A stretch of DNA of 63,641 bases, the filler included, from Basidiobolus ranarum (Eukaryota), in assembly GCA_040143965.1 (NCBI GenBank). It is 15 parts of 15 records of this genome, joined end to end, with 100 filler letters (N's around TTAATTAATTAA, not from the genome) between each part and the next. Parts side by side here need not be neighbours in the genome. Positions count along the whole stretch, not along the records: positions 25,548 to 29,696 come from JASJQH010008970.1; positions 29,797 to 33,944 come from JASJQH010008971.1; positions 34,045 to 38,192 come from JASJQH010008972.1; 12 more parts are not named here. One strand, written 5' to 3'. Numbering within the stretch: the first letter of the stretch is position 1; each line of letters starts with the position of its first letter. Positions 26,546 through 38,292 of this stretch are shown piece after piece. A model generated the notes under the pieces. That model searched no databases. It was not told the origin of the DNA and saw only the letters and a program-made list of their open reading frames with translations. The translations under genes and the position numbers were made by a program.

Positions 26546-27352
26546 ATGCAACGTATTTTCTTTTTCCTGATAGCTCAGAAGCTCATGATGGCGGCATTGG
26601 CCTTACCGCTCAATGAAACAAGCCATGACTTGAAGTACACCAAGCGATTCTGCGCTGATACTCAAAACTGGTTCAATAGCCAATCTCCCAAGACATGGAG
26701 CATTCCGTATGGCACCTGGGTGGATGAAGAGCAAAACAGCTTCCCGTTAGGTAGTCACTGTTCGTGGGATACCACAATTTATAAATACTATTGGTACTAT
26801 GAAAGTTACAACTGTCGCCTGAACGCCAGAACCTACGACAAGGGGCCGAAACGATGCGATCAGAGCGGCTGTAAAGAAACTATTGAAGTGAGCATCGAGG
26901 ATTCCTACACTGCAGAAGGTAGTCTCAATATCGGTGTTAAGGCTTTCAATGGCCTCCTGGATATTGGAGGAGCGGCAAAGTACTCTACATCAAGCAAGGC
27001 GAGCACCCAAAAGACAATTGAATCTAGTATGACCAAAGGTGACGCATGTGAGATTCAGGCAGCCAGTCTCAATGCCGTATGTGATGGAAAGATTTACGCT
27101 GAGGTTTGGTGCTATAATCTATTTGGAAGCACTACTCATTATGAGAAGAAGACGTACACCGTAGAAAATGAGGCCCCTATCTTGATCGATAACACTCTTG
27201 CCACCAGTCAAAACTGTTATGATATCAACAATGACCCAAATAGCCAGACGAAATGTGATATTCTCAATCCAAAGTCTATGTATAATCCATCGAAAGGAGC
27301 TGCACCCCAACCCAGAACTGTCGTTCTTGGTAAGAATGGCACGGAAGTATGA
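26546..27352 (+). CDS. Secreted Cys-rich protein, candidate aerolysin/ETX-MTX2-like beta-pore-forming protein, 268 aa
   Basis: Intronless ORF with a TATATAA box about 60 nt upstream, a signal-like N terminus, a KR site, 10 Cys and a Ser/Thr-alternating amphipathic hairpin. The ORF is solid; the family call is an inference. Confidence 0.6.
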   Translation: MQRIFFFLIAQKLMMAALALPLNETSHDLKYTKRFCADTQNWFNSQSPKTWSIPYGTWVDEEQNSFPLGSHCSWDTTIYKYYWYYESYNCRLNARTYDKGPKRCDQSGCKETIEVSIEDSYTAEGSLNIGVKAFNGLLDIGGAAKYSTSSKASTQKTIESSMTKGDACEIQAASLNAVCDGKIYAEVWCYNLFGSTTHYEKKTYTVENEAPILIDNTLATSQNCYDINNDPNSQTKCDILNPKSMYNPSKGAAPQPRTVVLGKNGTEV

Positions 27353-27596
27353 TTGAATGTGTTGTCCTTGGTTCTGGTTGTTTTTTCCAAGTTTTTTCTT
27401 CTAGAAACCATGGGCATACACCCGCCTCTCTCTCTCCATGGCAATTATCTTTTAGTTTATGTTTATTCAATCGAAATAAAATCCAAATGAATTTAACTCG
27501 TCGCATCGTTGACATATAGCTAACCCTAAGAATATACTCTTTTGCTTAAGAATATGCTCTGTTGGAGTTTATTGAAAGGAATAAATAGTTGTCGGT

Positions 27597-28964
27597 CTAG
27601 TTATATATTTGATTGCATTCTTTCAGTAGCTCTCCTACTGTAATACCAACTTCAGTTGATGGATCCGCTAGCTTGTCCAAGCAAACCCGAATCAGACTTG
27701 CATACTTTTTTGCCCAAGAGGTAGGATATTTGGGGCGATTGTAAACTACAGAGATCTTCATCGTGTCGCCAAAAGTGATCAAGTTCATGTTAAGACCGAA
27801 CTGTGGTTCACCATATGGGGCTTCGGGGAAGCATCCCACAAGTTCAACATTTTTAACTTCAAGATGAGCTCCATAGTCAGGCTTAACAGGACAGATACCT
27901 AAAGATCCTCCCATAACTGTCATTGGCGCAGCTTTAGGATGGTTTTCTTCAATACCACGCCAGAATTCAATTGCCGCTTTCTCTAGATATTGGGTTCGAA
28001 TCTTAGATGTTGCTTCACTTGCAAGTGACCATAGAGTTTTGGTGGATTCAAAATATTGGGACCAATGAACTGCTGATGAACCGCATACACAGGTATTAAG
28101 AGGAATTTGACAAAGAGCTCTAAGGTTTACTGGTACGCCAAATGCAATATTTTGCGGGAGTTGGAATTTATCATCACTTGACTGGGACTGCAAAGCTGTA
28201 TATGCTACTCCAAGGCAAAGAGATACAGCTCCTTGAACAGTAGCATTGTTGTTTCGGCATTGCGTTTGCAAGTACTTGGCGGTGTTTGGATGAAGGTTGA
28301 GATACACCACATCGTCAAAAGTGAGGTTTTCGGTAGTACTAGGTTCATCTGGAATAGGGAAAGGAGTGCCAGGGGCAAACATGGATTCAAGAGGAAATTC
28401 TTCGATAGGGTCTCTTTTGGTAGGTTGAGGTTGACTTAAGGCAGTTTGAATAATATCCAACGAAGATATAGATTGACTCTGACGCTTTAGGCAAATCAAA
28501 GGTTCCTTCTGGGCTAGAATTTGCTCAAGATTTTCGCATAACGTATTTAATACATTAAAAGCTCCACTAGCATCAGCATGTGAATGATTCAACACAAGAT
28601 ACAACTCATGATGGGTTTCATCTATACTTGCTAATTTCCAATAACTTAAGCTTCGTGTGTGGTCGTATTTCTTTCTCCCAAGTTTTACTATACGTTGTTG
28701 ATAATTTTCATTAGCGTTGAATGCTACTTCTGAATCCTCAATCCAGTAAATATCGCAAGCTATCTCAGCTATTTCAAATAAGAGAGTAGCAGAGTCGTTA
28801 TGAGAGGATGTAACTTTGGTGCGTAAGATAGGGTGTTTAATGGCAGTATTCAGGTATGCCTTTTCAACAATGTTCTTGTCAAGGGCTCCCACAAGCTCTA
28901 TATATGAGATAATTTGAATGCCGAGCTCCCATAATTCAAAATTGTGTAATTTGCGACTCTCCAT
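27597..28964 (-). CDS. CoA-dependent acyltransferase of the condensation-domain / PapA5 / alcohol acetyltransferase fold, 455 aa
   Basis: Intronless ORF with KHPILR, the HxxxD motif LNHSHADASG, CRNNNATVQG and PVNLR. Confidence 0.8.
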   Translation of the reverse strand: MESRKLHNFELWELGIQIISYIELVGALDKNIVEKAYLNTAIKHPILRTKVTSSHNDSATLLFEIAEIACDIYWIEDSEVAFNANENYQQRIVKLGRKKYDHTRSLSYWKLASIDETHHELYLVLNHSHADASGAFNVLNTLCENLEQILAQKEPLICLKRQSQSISSLDIIQTALSQPQPTKRDPIEEFPLESMFAPGTPFPIPDEPSTTENLTFDDVVYLNLHPNTAKYLQTQCRNNNATVQGAVSLCLGVAYTALQSQSSDDKFQLPQNIAFGVPVNLRALCQIPLNTCVCGSSAVHWSQYFESTKTLWSLASEATSKIRTQYLEKAAIEFWRGIEENHPKAAPMTVMGGSLGICPVKPDYGAHLEVKNVELVGCFPEAPYGEPQFGLNMNLITFGDTMKISVVYNRPKYPTSWAKKYASLIRVCLDKLADPSTEVGITVGELLKECNQIYN

Positions 28965-29615
28965 ATTGATCGATTGTGTGGTGGGTCAGGAGGCCTGCTA
29001 CCAATGTTGTCCATATATAGAGAATGGAAAATATTTTGCAGAGCAGTCCTGCGGATATAATTTTCCCGAAAACGCCCAACTGCGGACTCTTTTTCCGCAC
29101 CAGTGTTAGTACTTACGAGCGAGCCTCTGTGGAGTAATTTATAGCTCTCTTGTCATACGGATCATCATCCAGCGGAAACTAATCCAATAGCAATAACGGA
29201 GGGACATCGAAGAAATCCTAACCCTAATCTTCATTATTGGGCCAAATCTGGTTGTGGATGGAAGAATTTATTGTACATCTGATCGTTAGGATGAGTTGGT
29301 ACTAACCCTAACCCTAAATTTATAACATTAGTTAAGTATTACCTAATGCCTTAGAGGAAACTTCATCCAGAAATATGACTGCCAATTTTATAGGGTTAGC
29401 CTAAGAGGAAGGGAATTCTGGTACGGTACTTAATGACACTGGAACTGTATTAATGATCACTTAGAAGCGGTGTGAGTGTTAGTTAACTTGATTTTGTTAT
29501 GTTTAGAAGCATCACTTTGCTCCTCGACTCATGTCTCAACACCCATAGAGTACACTTGATTTTGACAAGTCAATAGTAAACTTTTAAGTGGTTGATGATG
29601 AGTAACAGTATTTAA

Positions 29616-29696
29616 GATTTAATTATTTGCTTTATCTATCTGATTTAACTATTTGCTTTAACTATCTGATTTAACTATTTGCTTTAACTATCTGAT
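29616..29696. repeat. Minisatellite, 26-bp unit about 3x, at a contig end
   Basis: GATTTAACTATTTGCTTTAACTATCT repeated; each unit is two related 13-mers. Confidence 0.9.
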
Positions 29697-29796
29697 NNNN
29701 NNNNNNNNNNNNNNNNNNNNNNNNNNNNNNNNNNNNNNNNTTAATTAATTAANNNNNNNNNNNNNNNNNNNNNNNNNNNNNNNNNNNNNNNNNNNN

Positions 29797-30093
29797 TAAT
29801 TTATTCAGCTCCTCGTCATTACGAATGGCAAGTTGTAAATGGCGAGGAATGATTCTGGTCTTCTTGTTATCACGGGCTGCGTTACCAGCCAACTCGAGGA
29901 TTTCTGCCGCAAGGTACTCAAGAACGGCAGCAAGATAAACTGGGGCTCCAGCAGCGATACGCTGAGAATAATTCCCCTTACGCAAATGACGATGAATACG
30001 ACCAACGGGGAACTGAAGACCGGCCTTGCTAGAACGGGTCTTGGATCCACCAGTAACGGCCTTTCCGCTCTTTCCTCCTGCTTTGCCTGACAT
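29797..30093 (-). CDS. HTA1: Histone H2A, 3'-truncated
   Basis: [11 protein letters not shown]...[16 protein letters not shown]...[47 protein letters not shown]; the true ATG is at 30093. Confidence 0.97.
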
Positions 30094-30237
30094 GATGTTG
30101 ATATGTGTGATATTTGAGATGTGGTTACAAGATACATACATGATATTATATACTTTCTCATAGTATAGGATTTATCCAATAGTAATGGAGTTTTACAGAA
30201 TCCAAACTTTCTAATCCAGTTTTGATTAGATTAAAAA

Positions 30238-30308
30238 TCGCGTTTAACGCGTTTTTTTCCGATTATAACCCGTGTTCTTCAAATCGCAGCCGTTCACAGG
30301 AACGCGCC
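30238..30308. promoter_or_regulatory. Cluster of CGCG / MluI cell-cycle boxes upstream of H2A
   Basis: TCGCGT (30238), ACGCGT (30247-30252) and ACGCGC (30302), about 150-210 nt upstream of an S-phase gene. Confidence 0.55.
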
Positions 30309-30849
30309 TTGTTTGAAAAGTATATCCAAGTATGGTGAACTCCTAGTGTATTGTATAGACTTGTTGCCATATAGTAGTTTTTTTTCACGGCCAAACTAGA
30401 ATACATCGATTGACAGAGTATCACTCAGAAACGTTTAATATATGTCCGATAGATGCTAATGGCTTGTATTTCAAAGCTGCTGCTGGTATATTGTATTAGA
30501 TAGGTTCACAACAAATTATTGAAATACCTGCAAATATTAAGAGCATCATACCAAGTATCGTTTTGAAACTATCAATATATTTTCCAGACATGAACAAAAT
30601 GTAAAGTAAATAATGCCCTTAGTATCAATAGCTACTTTGATACTGATTGAAAACGGAATACCCTGCTAGTGAAATACTAAGAAAATATGGGGAATTAAAT
30701 ACAATGGAGCGGCTATTTAAATGGACAAGGTGTAGTATTCATGATCACTGATGAAAGCAATAGAAATATTTGATATATGTGATATTTACAAGTATTAGGG
30801 ATTAGGCCTAAAGATGTAACAAGTGATTGATGAGGTACAGTAGATACCA

Positions 30850-31371
30850 TCATAGATATAAGCTGTTAATATCAAGCTCGATGTTTTCATTTTTGACATA
30901 GTTGGTTAGTTGCTTACGATCAACCCAAAGATCAAACTTCACATAATCCAAGAAAACTCGTTCCATTTCGGTGATCTCCACTAAATCCCAGTACCGGCCA
31001 ACAAGATTGGCAACATCAACACACCAAAGGGACGAATCATCATGAAACTTGGAAGCTATCAATATTGAGGCCAAGAAGATACGATGTCCAGTGGTTGGGG
31101 TGCCAACTGCCTGAACCGGAAGATGAGTTTGTAGTCGATCCACGTAAATAAGTGCAATCAATAGTGTTGATATTCCAACACTACATTGTCGAATTACTCG
31201 CCGAACAAGTTTTGAGAGAGAGGGTGAGAAGGATCGTGGGTGATTGGCAACATTGGTATCCTCACATGTAATTGTTGATCGTATACGTTTGATGGTAAAT
31301 TCAATCAACGACTCGGGGATTGGCTGACGGACTGGTAGTTTGGTTGGTGCTAAAGCAAGACATAACATCAT
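30850..31371 (-). CDS. Pho80/Pcl-like cyclin, 173 aa
   Basis: Cyclin-box motifs TLLIALIYVDRL, HRIFLASILIASKFHDD, EITEMERVFL. Confidence 0.88.
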   Translation of the reverse strand: MMLCLALAPTKLPVRQPIPESLIEFTIKRIRSTITCEDTNVANHPRSFSPSLSKLVRRVIRQCSVGISTLLIALIYVDRLQTHLPVQAVGTPTTGHRIFLASILIASKFHDDSSLWCVDVANLVGRYWDLVEITEMERVFLDYVKFDLWVDRKQLTNYVKNENIELDINSLYL

Positions 31372-33750
31372 AGGAAACAGTTGTTTAGGTTAAGTTAATG
31401 GATTTAATGGGGTTAGATGTTTAAAGGAGAGATACAGGTAGATCAGTTGAAAGTTTGCTCTTGGTCAACAAGGAACAATGGGGTGGGTTAGAGATTGAAA
31501 GTGTCGGAGGTTACTCCCATGCTGTGGACGCGGATTTATACCATTTCTTAGCCCACAAGGTCATCATCAACAAGTTCAGGTGAAACATAATGGCATTAAT
31601 CACTTACTTTCCAACTTACTGCGCCACATCAACTCTGTTAAACAGGTTTGTGCCGAAGACAAAAGTCAGGAGTATGCTGATGAGTGTGGCCGCTCCATTA
31701 ATTGTATTCCAGCACAAAAAGGGTCAAGCGCAGGTGAGACAGTGATTGGATGTCAGTTGGCAATCCGCAGGCTCATTAGAAGTAGTATAATTGTAGCCTA
31801 TTCAGTGGTGCCGTTGCAATTCCAACCACAGATCACTGATGTGGCGATTATTATTAACGATTAACATGGAGTAATATGATGGGGGCTTGGGTGGTCGGAT
31901 AGTTTGTAGGTGCGATGCATCAAGAGCGACCTTTGATGTGAAGGATGATAATGAGAAGTTTCTGGGGATCAACTGTGTGTATAAATGAACAAAATAGAGG
32001 CCCATACCCCCAATGGGCCACAAAGTGTTAGTTATTGTACCCATGTCATCATAAAGACATAGAGCACAGCCTTCGGTGTGTATTTGAAGGAGGAAAGTGG
32101 CTCAGGGGTAACCATCAACACAAACAAGACGAATATGTCAACGAGGAGAGAAGAAGTATACTCCGACAGAAACAACAGGCGAAACAGACTTCATTCACTG
32201 TCTATATGGGCAAAAGAAGTCTGATCATAAGTACGAATGAGACATCTCTCACAAAGCAGTAAGTAGAGCTCACCTTGTTCTCACTATATATCTCCCAAAA
32301 CCAACTTCAGCTTATTAGTATGCCGGGCAGAACTGATTATTTTTCTTTTTCTTCCCAAAACCTGGTCTCAAGATGGAGTACCGAAGGCCGCCAAGTACTC
32401 GATGCAAATGTATGGATCAACCAAAGATAATGCTTGACCGTGAATTAAAACCAATGAATGAGCCTTATGCAATGGAACCATTTAGTTGTAGTTTATATGC
32501 TCACCGATCTGATCTTCCCATCCAAGAATTGAAAACTTCATCGAGTTGTAATTAAGGCATATGTATGTGGTTGTTGAGCGAACTAGTTTGGACTGTAACA
32601 AATATGTGGTTGCTGTGATTCCTACGCAGGTACTGAGGCTAAAAACAATACAACCAAATAGCAAGGATATCCAGCGCGATAAGGGCATCCGAATATGCAT
32701 CAATAGAGGAAGTGGGACAATTTACAAGTCCATCATGGTAATGCGTTGACAGAGATTACCTGATATATTTTGTAATAGTTATCGACTGTTATATATTTCA
32801 GGAGGATGAGGACATCATCCCAGAACTTGTATTAACATCCACAAGTATTTGGGACGAATTTGAAGTGCAGTTTACATACTTGTTCTATTCATCTTGTGAC
32901 TTCATTTTGTTGGAAAGTGAATTTGGTTAGAGGCTAAGAAAAATAACAGCTGAGGTATCTTTTTAGGGAATGAGGTTAAGCTTGGGATGAATTGAATAAT
33001 CATAATAGACATTTGTACAGTGTTCAAGAGGGAAGCATCAGAAGCAAGTAAGACATAGATATTGTGGTTCATTCAGTTCTTTGGTATTATTTTTATGTAT
33101 CCAAGCCTCCCAGATGCTGAAATTTACCAAGTAGCTCGTCATCAGATAAACTTTATCATGCTAATGTATGTGGCTTGATTGTTTACAAATTTCTAGAATC
33201 AGCCAATATCTGAATGCTTTTAGCGGAGCAATTGAATTTTGATTAATCGATTCTAGTTCTGAACAATCCAATTCGATTGATTGCTAGTTATACAGTTATT
33301 TGAATTCGTGTATGTTACTAGTATCAATCTCTTATTGATTTGTATTTCTTAGATGGTAGTCAATCCACGTTTAATCTAAATACGCTATAAATCCAAGTGA
33401 GTGCCTATAGACAAATAATGTATATCTCATACAAATATTCACGCACCATAGCTAACTTGTTGGCTCTGAATCTAAGAATCGAATTCTAGCTCTGTGATGT
33501 ACATAATGGAGAAGGCCGAATAGATAAGAATAAGGTCGAGTAGATTTGCGATAACCAATTCGGTTGACTTGATTACAATAGGAAATTTAGTAAATTCGAG
33601 ACGTGCCCAGTATTTTGTTCATGTTGACGGATTAATTCCGGACTTTCGAGTCTAGAATACGTTTATATTCAAGATCTTGATTTCTATCCCTAAATATCCA
33701 TTTCGGATACTGATAATTGATTAGAGCTAACATACTATGCAATCGACTAG

Positions 33751-33944
<194 letters not shown>

Positions 33945-34044
33945 NNNNNNNNNNNNNNNNNNNNNNNNNNNNNNNNNNNNNNNNNNNNTTAATTAATTAA
34001 NNNNNNNNNNNNNNNNNNNNNNNNNNNNNNNNNNNNNNNNNNNN

Positions 34045-34510
34045 AAAAATTCAGATGTAAAGCAATGTTTCAACTGTTAGTTTGCTGGTAAAGAATATTG
34101 ATGTTGTTGAGTTATATCTAATCAGTCAAGTATGTGCTTATTTAGAAACTAAACACAATGAGATTCTTGTATTTTTTGATTCTCATTATGGCTGGAATAC
34201 AAAGCCTAAAATATCTAAATAAAGGCATGCATATTAATTCAAATTCCCACAGCTGTAAGCACACTAATTTGCAATTTAAAAATTCAATATTTGCAAAAAT
34301 TGCCAAATATTGAATAACACATGTCAAACTTGAGGAACGATATTTAGACATGTATGATTACTGTCAAAAAACTGTCAAGAAACCACCATCACACCATCAA
34401 AATCCCTGGCAGAATGCAAGCCACCAATACTGTGATGGTTCTCTGATGGTTTTGCTCTTTTGGAGTGTAGATCTGATCTGGATCAAATTGATTTTATTTT
34501 TATTAGGGTA
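34045..34510 (+). mobile_element. Terminus of a putative DNA transposon (CpG-decayed copy Y)
   Basis: 34201-34510 aligns with the reverse complement of 59097-59406; similarity ends at TTAGGGTA(TAG). Confidence 0.7.
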
Positions 34511-34514
34511 TAGA

Positions 34515-35760
34515 GGGAGGGCATTCACCCTTAGTAAGCTCAAAAGTCAAGTCCTGGCAAGTCAAATCACAACTTTGGCCACAAAAGCTGAACTTAACAC
34601 TGTGGGCTGAGAGGATCACTACAAAGAGAATGACTACAATGTCACCATGCAGACTGATATATGGACAAGATTGCATACTCCCAATGAAACTGAAGCCACA
34701 ATGGAGCAGGAAGCTTGACAACCAATGGAGAGGCCCATGAAAAATTGTTGGAGGATCTTGACAAAATGGGGGTAGACTTTGTATATCAGAAGCAGCTTAT
34801 AATAGTGTGTTTTAGTTATGGTGACTTATATAGTAGAAAAGTAAATCAATTGTTTGATATATTCAGGAGTTTGTGAAATAAGATATAATAGATACGTGGG
34901 GGTAATGAGACATACTTGATGTATAGATATAGAGATATTCCTATTTAGAATATAGGGGCTATTGATAAGTTGCTTTCTGTTTCTGATATATGCATCATAA
35001 CTAAAGTTAACTATGATGTTGAAGAAAGATTAGTTATCCAACAAAAATAGTTAAAGTTGTAGGTGATGGAAGCTAGTACAAAGCAGAATTTGATGGAACA
35101 GAACTCAAGATACCAGTTGAAGGGAACCAACTGAAGTTATTCAAGACTAGAGGTAATGACTAAACCTGCTGAGTTTTGGTATTCATGTGAGTTCAAAATC
35201 CAGAGGGGGGTTGATGTAGTGAGGCAGCATTGCTACCAACTGGCAGGTTGCTTTATTTGCACTCCAAACACATATCATAACTATTGCAAAATCTCTATTC
35301 TATTATGCATATTTGATTTGCCCTTATTTTCTACCCAATCATATCACACCTTTAGTATTATACAAATTGTTTCAAATTTATCAGTGTTAACTGACATTAG
35401 TCCTATTATTTTCTGGAAAATTCAACAATATACCAGAACATTCCACAAGATTCTTGGAATATTTGAAGATCAATTGAGTTTTGACCAATCAAAACTTGAT
35501 TTTGCTGGAATATTCCATGACTTTCTTTATTATTCAACAATCTTCCAGCACATTGCATGTACTACTTATCTTATGAGTTATAATGGTATCATAACCCCAG
35601 ATCCCCACCAATAAAATTCTCTGGAACTTTGCAGAAATTCTCATTAGTAATAATATCTATCTTCAGAAAAGTATAAATAGGAGCCATATCTTTTCAAATA
35701 AAAATCGTCCTGGTTTTCAATATCACAATTACTACTTGTGATCACCCCTTATTTTCATCA
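34515..35760 (+). mobile_element. Ty3/gypsy 3' end: integrase GPY/F tail, PPT and 3' LTR (35212-35760)
   Basis: Removing the nested solo LTR restores KLDNQWRGP*KIVKVVGDGS*YKAEFDGTELKIPVEGNQLKLF. PPT AGAGGGGGG precedes an LTR bounded by TGATG...CATCA. Confidence 0.75.
34746..35043 (-). mobile_element. Solo LTR, family C, TSD AAAAT
   Basis: TGTTGG...CCAACA flanked by AAAAT on both sides; homologous to 56850-57165. Confidence 0.9.
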
Positions 35761-36319
35761 CCACTTATGAGACCTTTGAAGAGGAAGCTCAAGATAGACT
35801 ACTAGAGACAGTTACAGGCACCTGTGTGACTAGAAAGGACTTGACTGGTTCAAAGGAAGTACTGACAGGTAGGTGTTATATTTCTGATACTTTGTATATC
35901 TTTCCCTAGCTTGGTCTGCAAAGGCAAGGAACTTTTCTTATCCTTGGATAGATCACTACTAGTGCATCCTAGTTCAAGACCCTGCTGGCTGAGTTTACAG
36001 TTGTTTTTGATAGGATATACCCTTTTTATCTGATCATTCTCAAAGGACATTGAAGCTAGTATATTTTTTTGTCAGGTGCCAGCATATTATTCAACAGAAA
36101 GCTGGACATTGCATTGTGGTTTATCAGTCCTTAGACACTTCTAGAGGCCTATTTCCCTTTCACAAAGACCCAACAGGCAAGAGATGGACCCAGATTATAA
36201 TACATCCCAGAGTTGTTGAACTGTGGTTATTGCAACCTTTGAACATCTCACATAACCCATAGGGTATTGCAATTATAGTTGCTGCCTACACCCTGAAAAA
36301 CTACACTGTTCTAAAGGTA

Positions 36320-37080
36320 GCAGATTGACAAAGAAGAAGGCGGGTCTTGACAACTGGAAGGTAAACTCTAAAGGGCCAGTGACTACTCAGCCCACTCCAC
36401 CTGTATCTATACTAGCAACACAGATTGGACTTCTACATTGCACCATTATTAAGTCAAAACTTTATGATAAGTTGCAGAAGAATGACCAAGTTGAGAGTAA
36501 GGAAAACCTTTACATATATGCTGATATTGCTCACAGCAGTGAGCCTGACAAACTCCCACAAGTCCTACTGGTCCCAGAGCAGGTGAGAGTGTTATTTGAA
36601 AATCCTGCTGAAGTTCAAATATCCGCTGGCAGAGACATATATTATGCCATGGATGGTGGTTCTGAAATAATTGATATGATACACTGTGAGCAACTCTGTA
36701 GTAATGGTTTTCCCCAGAGATGCTTTAATCAAGCATTTGCCTTGGCACTTGATGGTTTTATTTTGAAAAATATATTTTAGGCAAAGTCTGTTGCCTAATA
36801 ATTCTGCTCAATTTGAATCTTCTGCCAACTCAGTGATTTATGAAGATAAAATATCATATAGCTCTCATTGCTATCTGGCCAGAAATCCCCTGATAATCTT
36901 GACACCTTTCAAAAGCCACTGATAGATGTATGTAGACAACTGTGAAACAGGATATACACAGAAACATTGGTGGTAAAACAACATATGATTGGGTGTATAG
37001 AGTAAAACCCAGCATGTAGTAAAGTCCGGGGATTCCAAATTCACAATGCAAAGACTAGTAGCCAAATATTAAGATTTAAT
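36320..37080 (+). pseudogene. Degenerate CACTA/En-Spm (tnp2-like) transposase relic
   Basis: Stop-riddled reads ALALDGF, LSGQKSPDNLDTFQKPLID and PACSKVRGFQIHN resemble tnp2 motifs LxxDGF, GPKxPxDLDxFLxPLVD and PAxxKxxGFxGHN. Confidence 0.55.
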
Positions 37081-38292
37081 TAGCAATCCAAGCAGAGAAT
37101 TTGCACCATGCCTATCCATATACATATAAAGCTATTGTTATTCTACCATTGGGAAGCCAGATCTTGAGTAACTTAAAATCTAACAAGTTGTTGAAGCTTC
37201 ATGCAATCTTTGATCTTAAGATGCACAAAGAGTTCCTTTGTGATGGCTTCCATATACTTCAGTTTTCCTGATAGCAGTATGGGTTCACTTTTGTACATAC
37301 CATTAATCAGACTATACTCTTGCATGAATGAATCATATGTTCTTTGAACGGTTTTGCAACCAAAGACATTTGGGCTTGTCAGAATAGGTCACTCATATGC
37401 TGAGTCCAATAGTGCAAAGCAGAATTTGGCAATAGCCTTCAGTTTGCTTCAGCTAGCATAAGAATCTTTTAGCAGCAGTCTAGGGTGTTGTTCCAGAATC
37501 AGTCAAATCTTAAGCTCTCATCACTCAGAGCACAAGTAATATTGTATTGTTACAACCAGTTCTATGAAGATTTCAAGGTTGTGTTTATAGTGTGCTCATA
37601 TCTGTAACTCAATTCAATTGTCATGAGGTTGTTTGTCCTGTTGAAATTAGGTAAAAAACAACTTATTATTTAGTAGTTGACTTATTCAAATTCCAGTTCT
37701 TCAGCACTCAATTCTGCTAATCAAAGCATCTGTTTATTGCTCTAATTAACAGACTTGTTTCATTTTATTGAGCCAGATCAGGCCAGCTAAAAAGTGTGCC
37801 GGTACATATTGGCATGATTGGGCACCATCTGGCACAATGTTATTTACTATTTCAGAAACAATAGCTTTACTCATGTGGTATATTTAGGAAAGGTACTTTT
37901 AGACAATATTGCACATTCAAAAGATGATCAAAGCTTTATTCACAGTGTCTAAATCTATAGCTCTCAATGGATACCTTTGAGTATGAATGTTTTGATATTT
38001 ATTCAAGATTTTGATTACTTTTGCTAACTTTAATTGAGGCTCACAAAATGATTTTCCTCTATACTTTCCTGGTACATTGCTATATCTCTTTAGGAAACCA
38101 AAGATATGCTCTACTCTTGCTCTAAAATGGGAAATAATGTCATTATAAAGCTTTTGCCTCTCTGTGAGTATCCCTCCCCTGGGCCTCTTGTTNNNNNNNN
38201 NNNNNNNNNNNNNNNNNNNNNNNNNNNNNNNNNNNNTTAATTAATTAANNNNNNNNNNNNNNNNNNNNNNNNNNNNNNNNNNNNNNNNNNNN

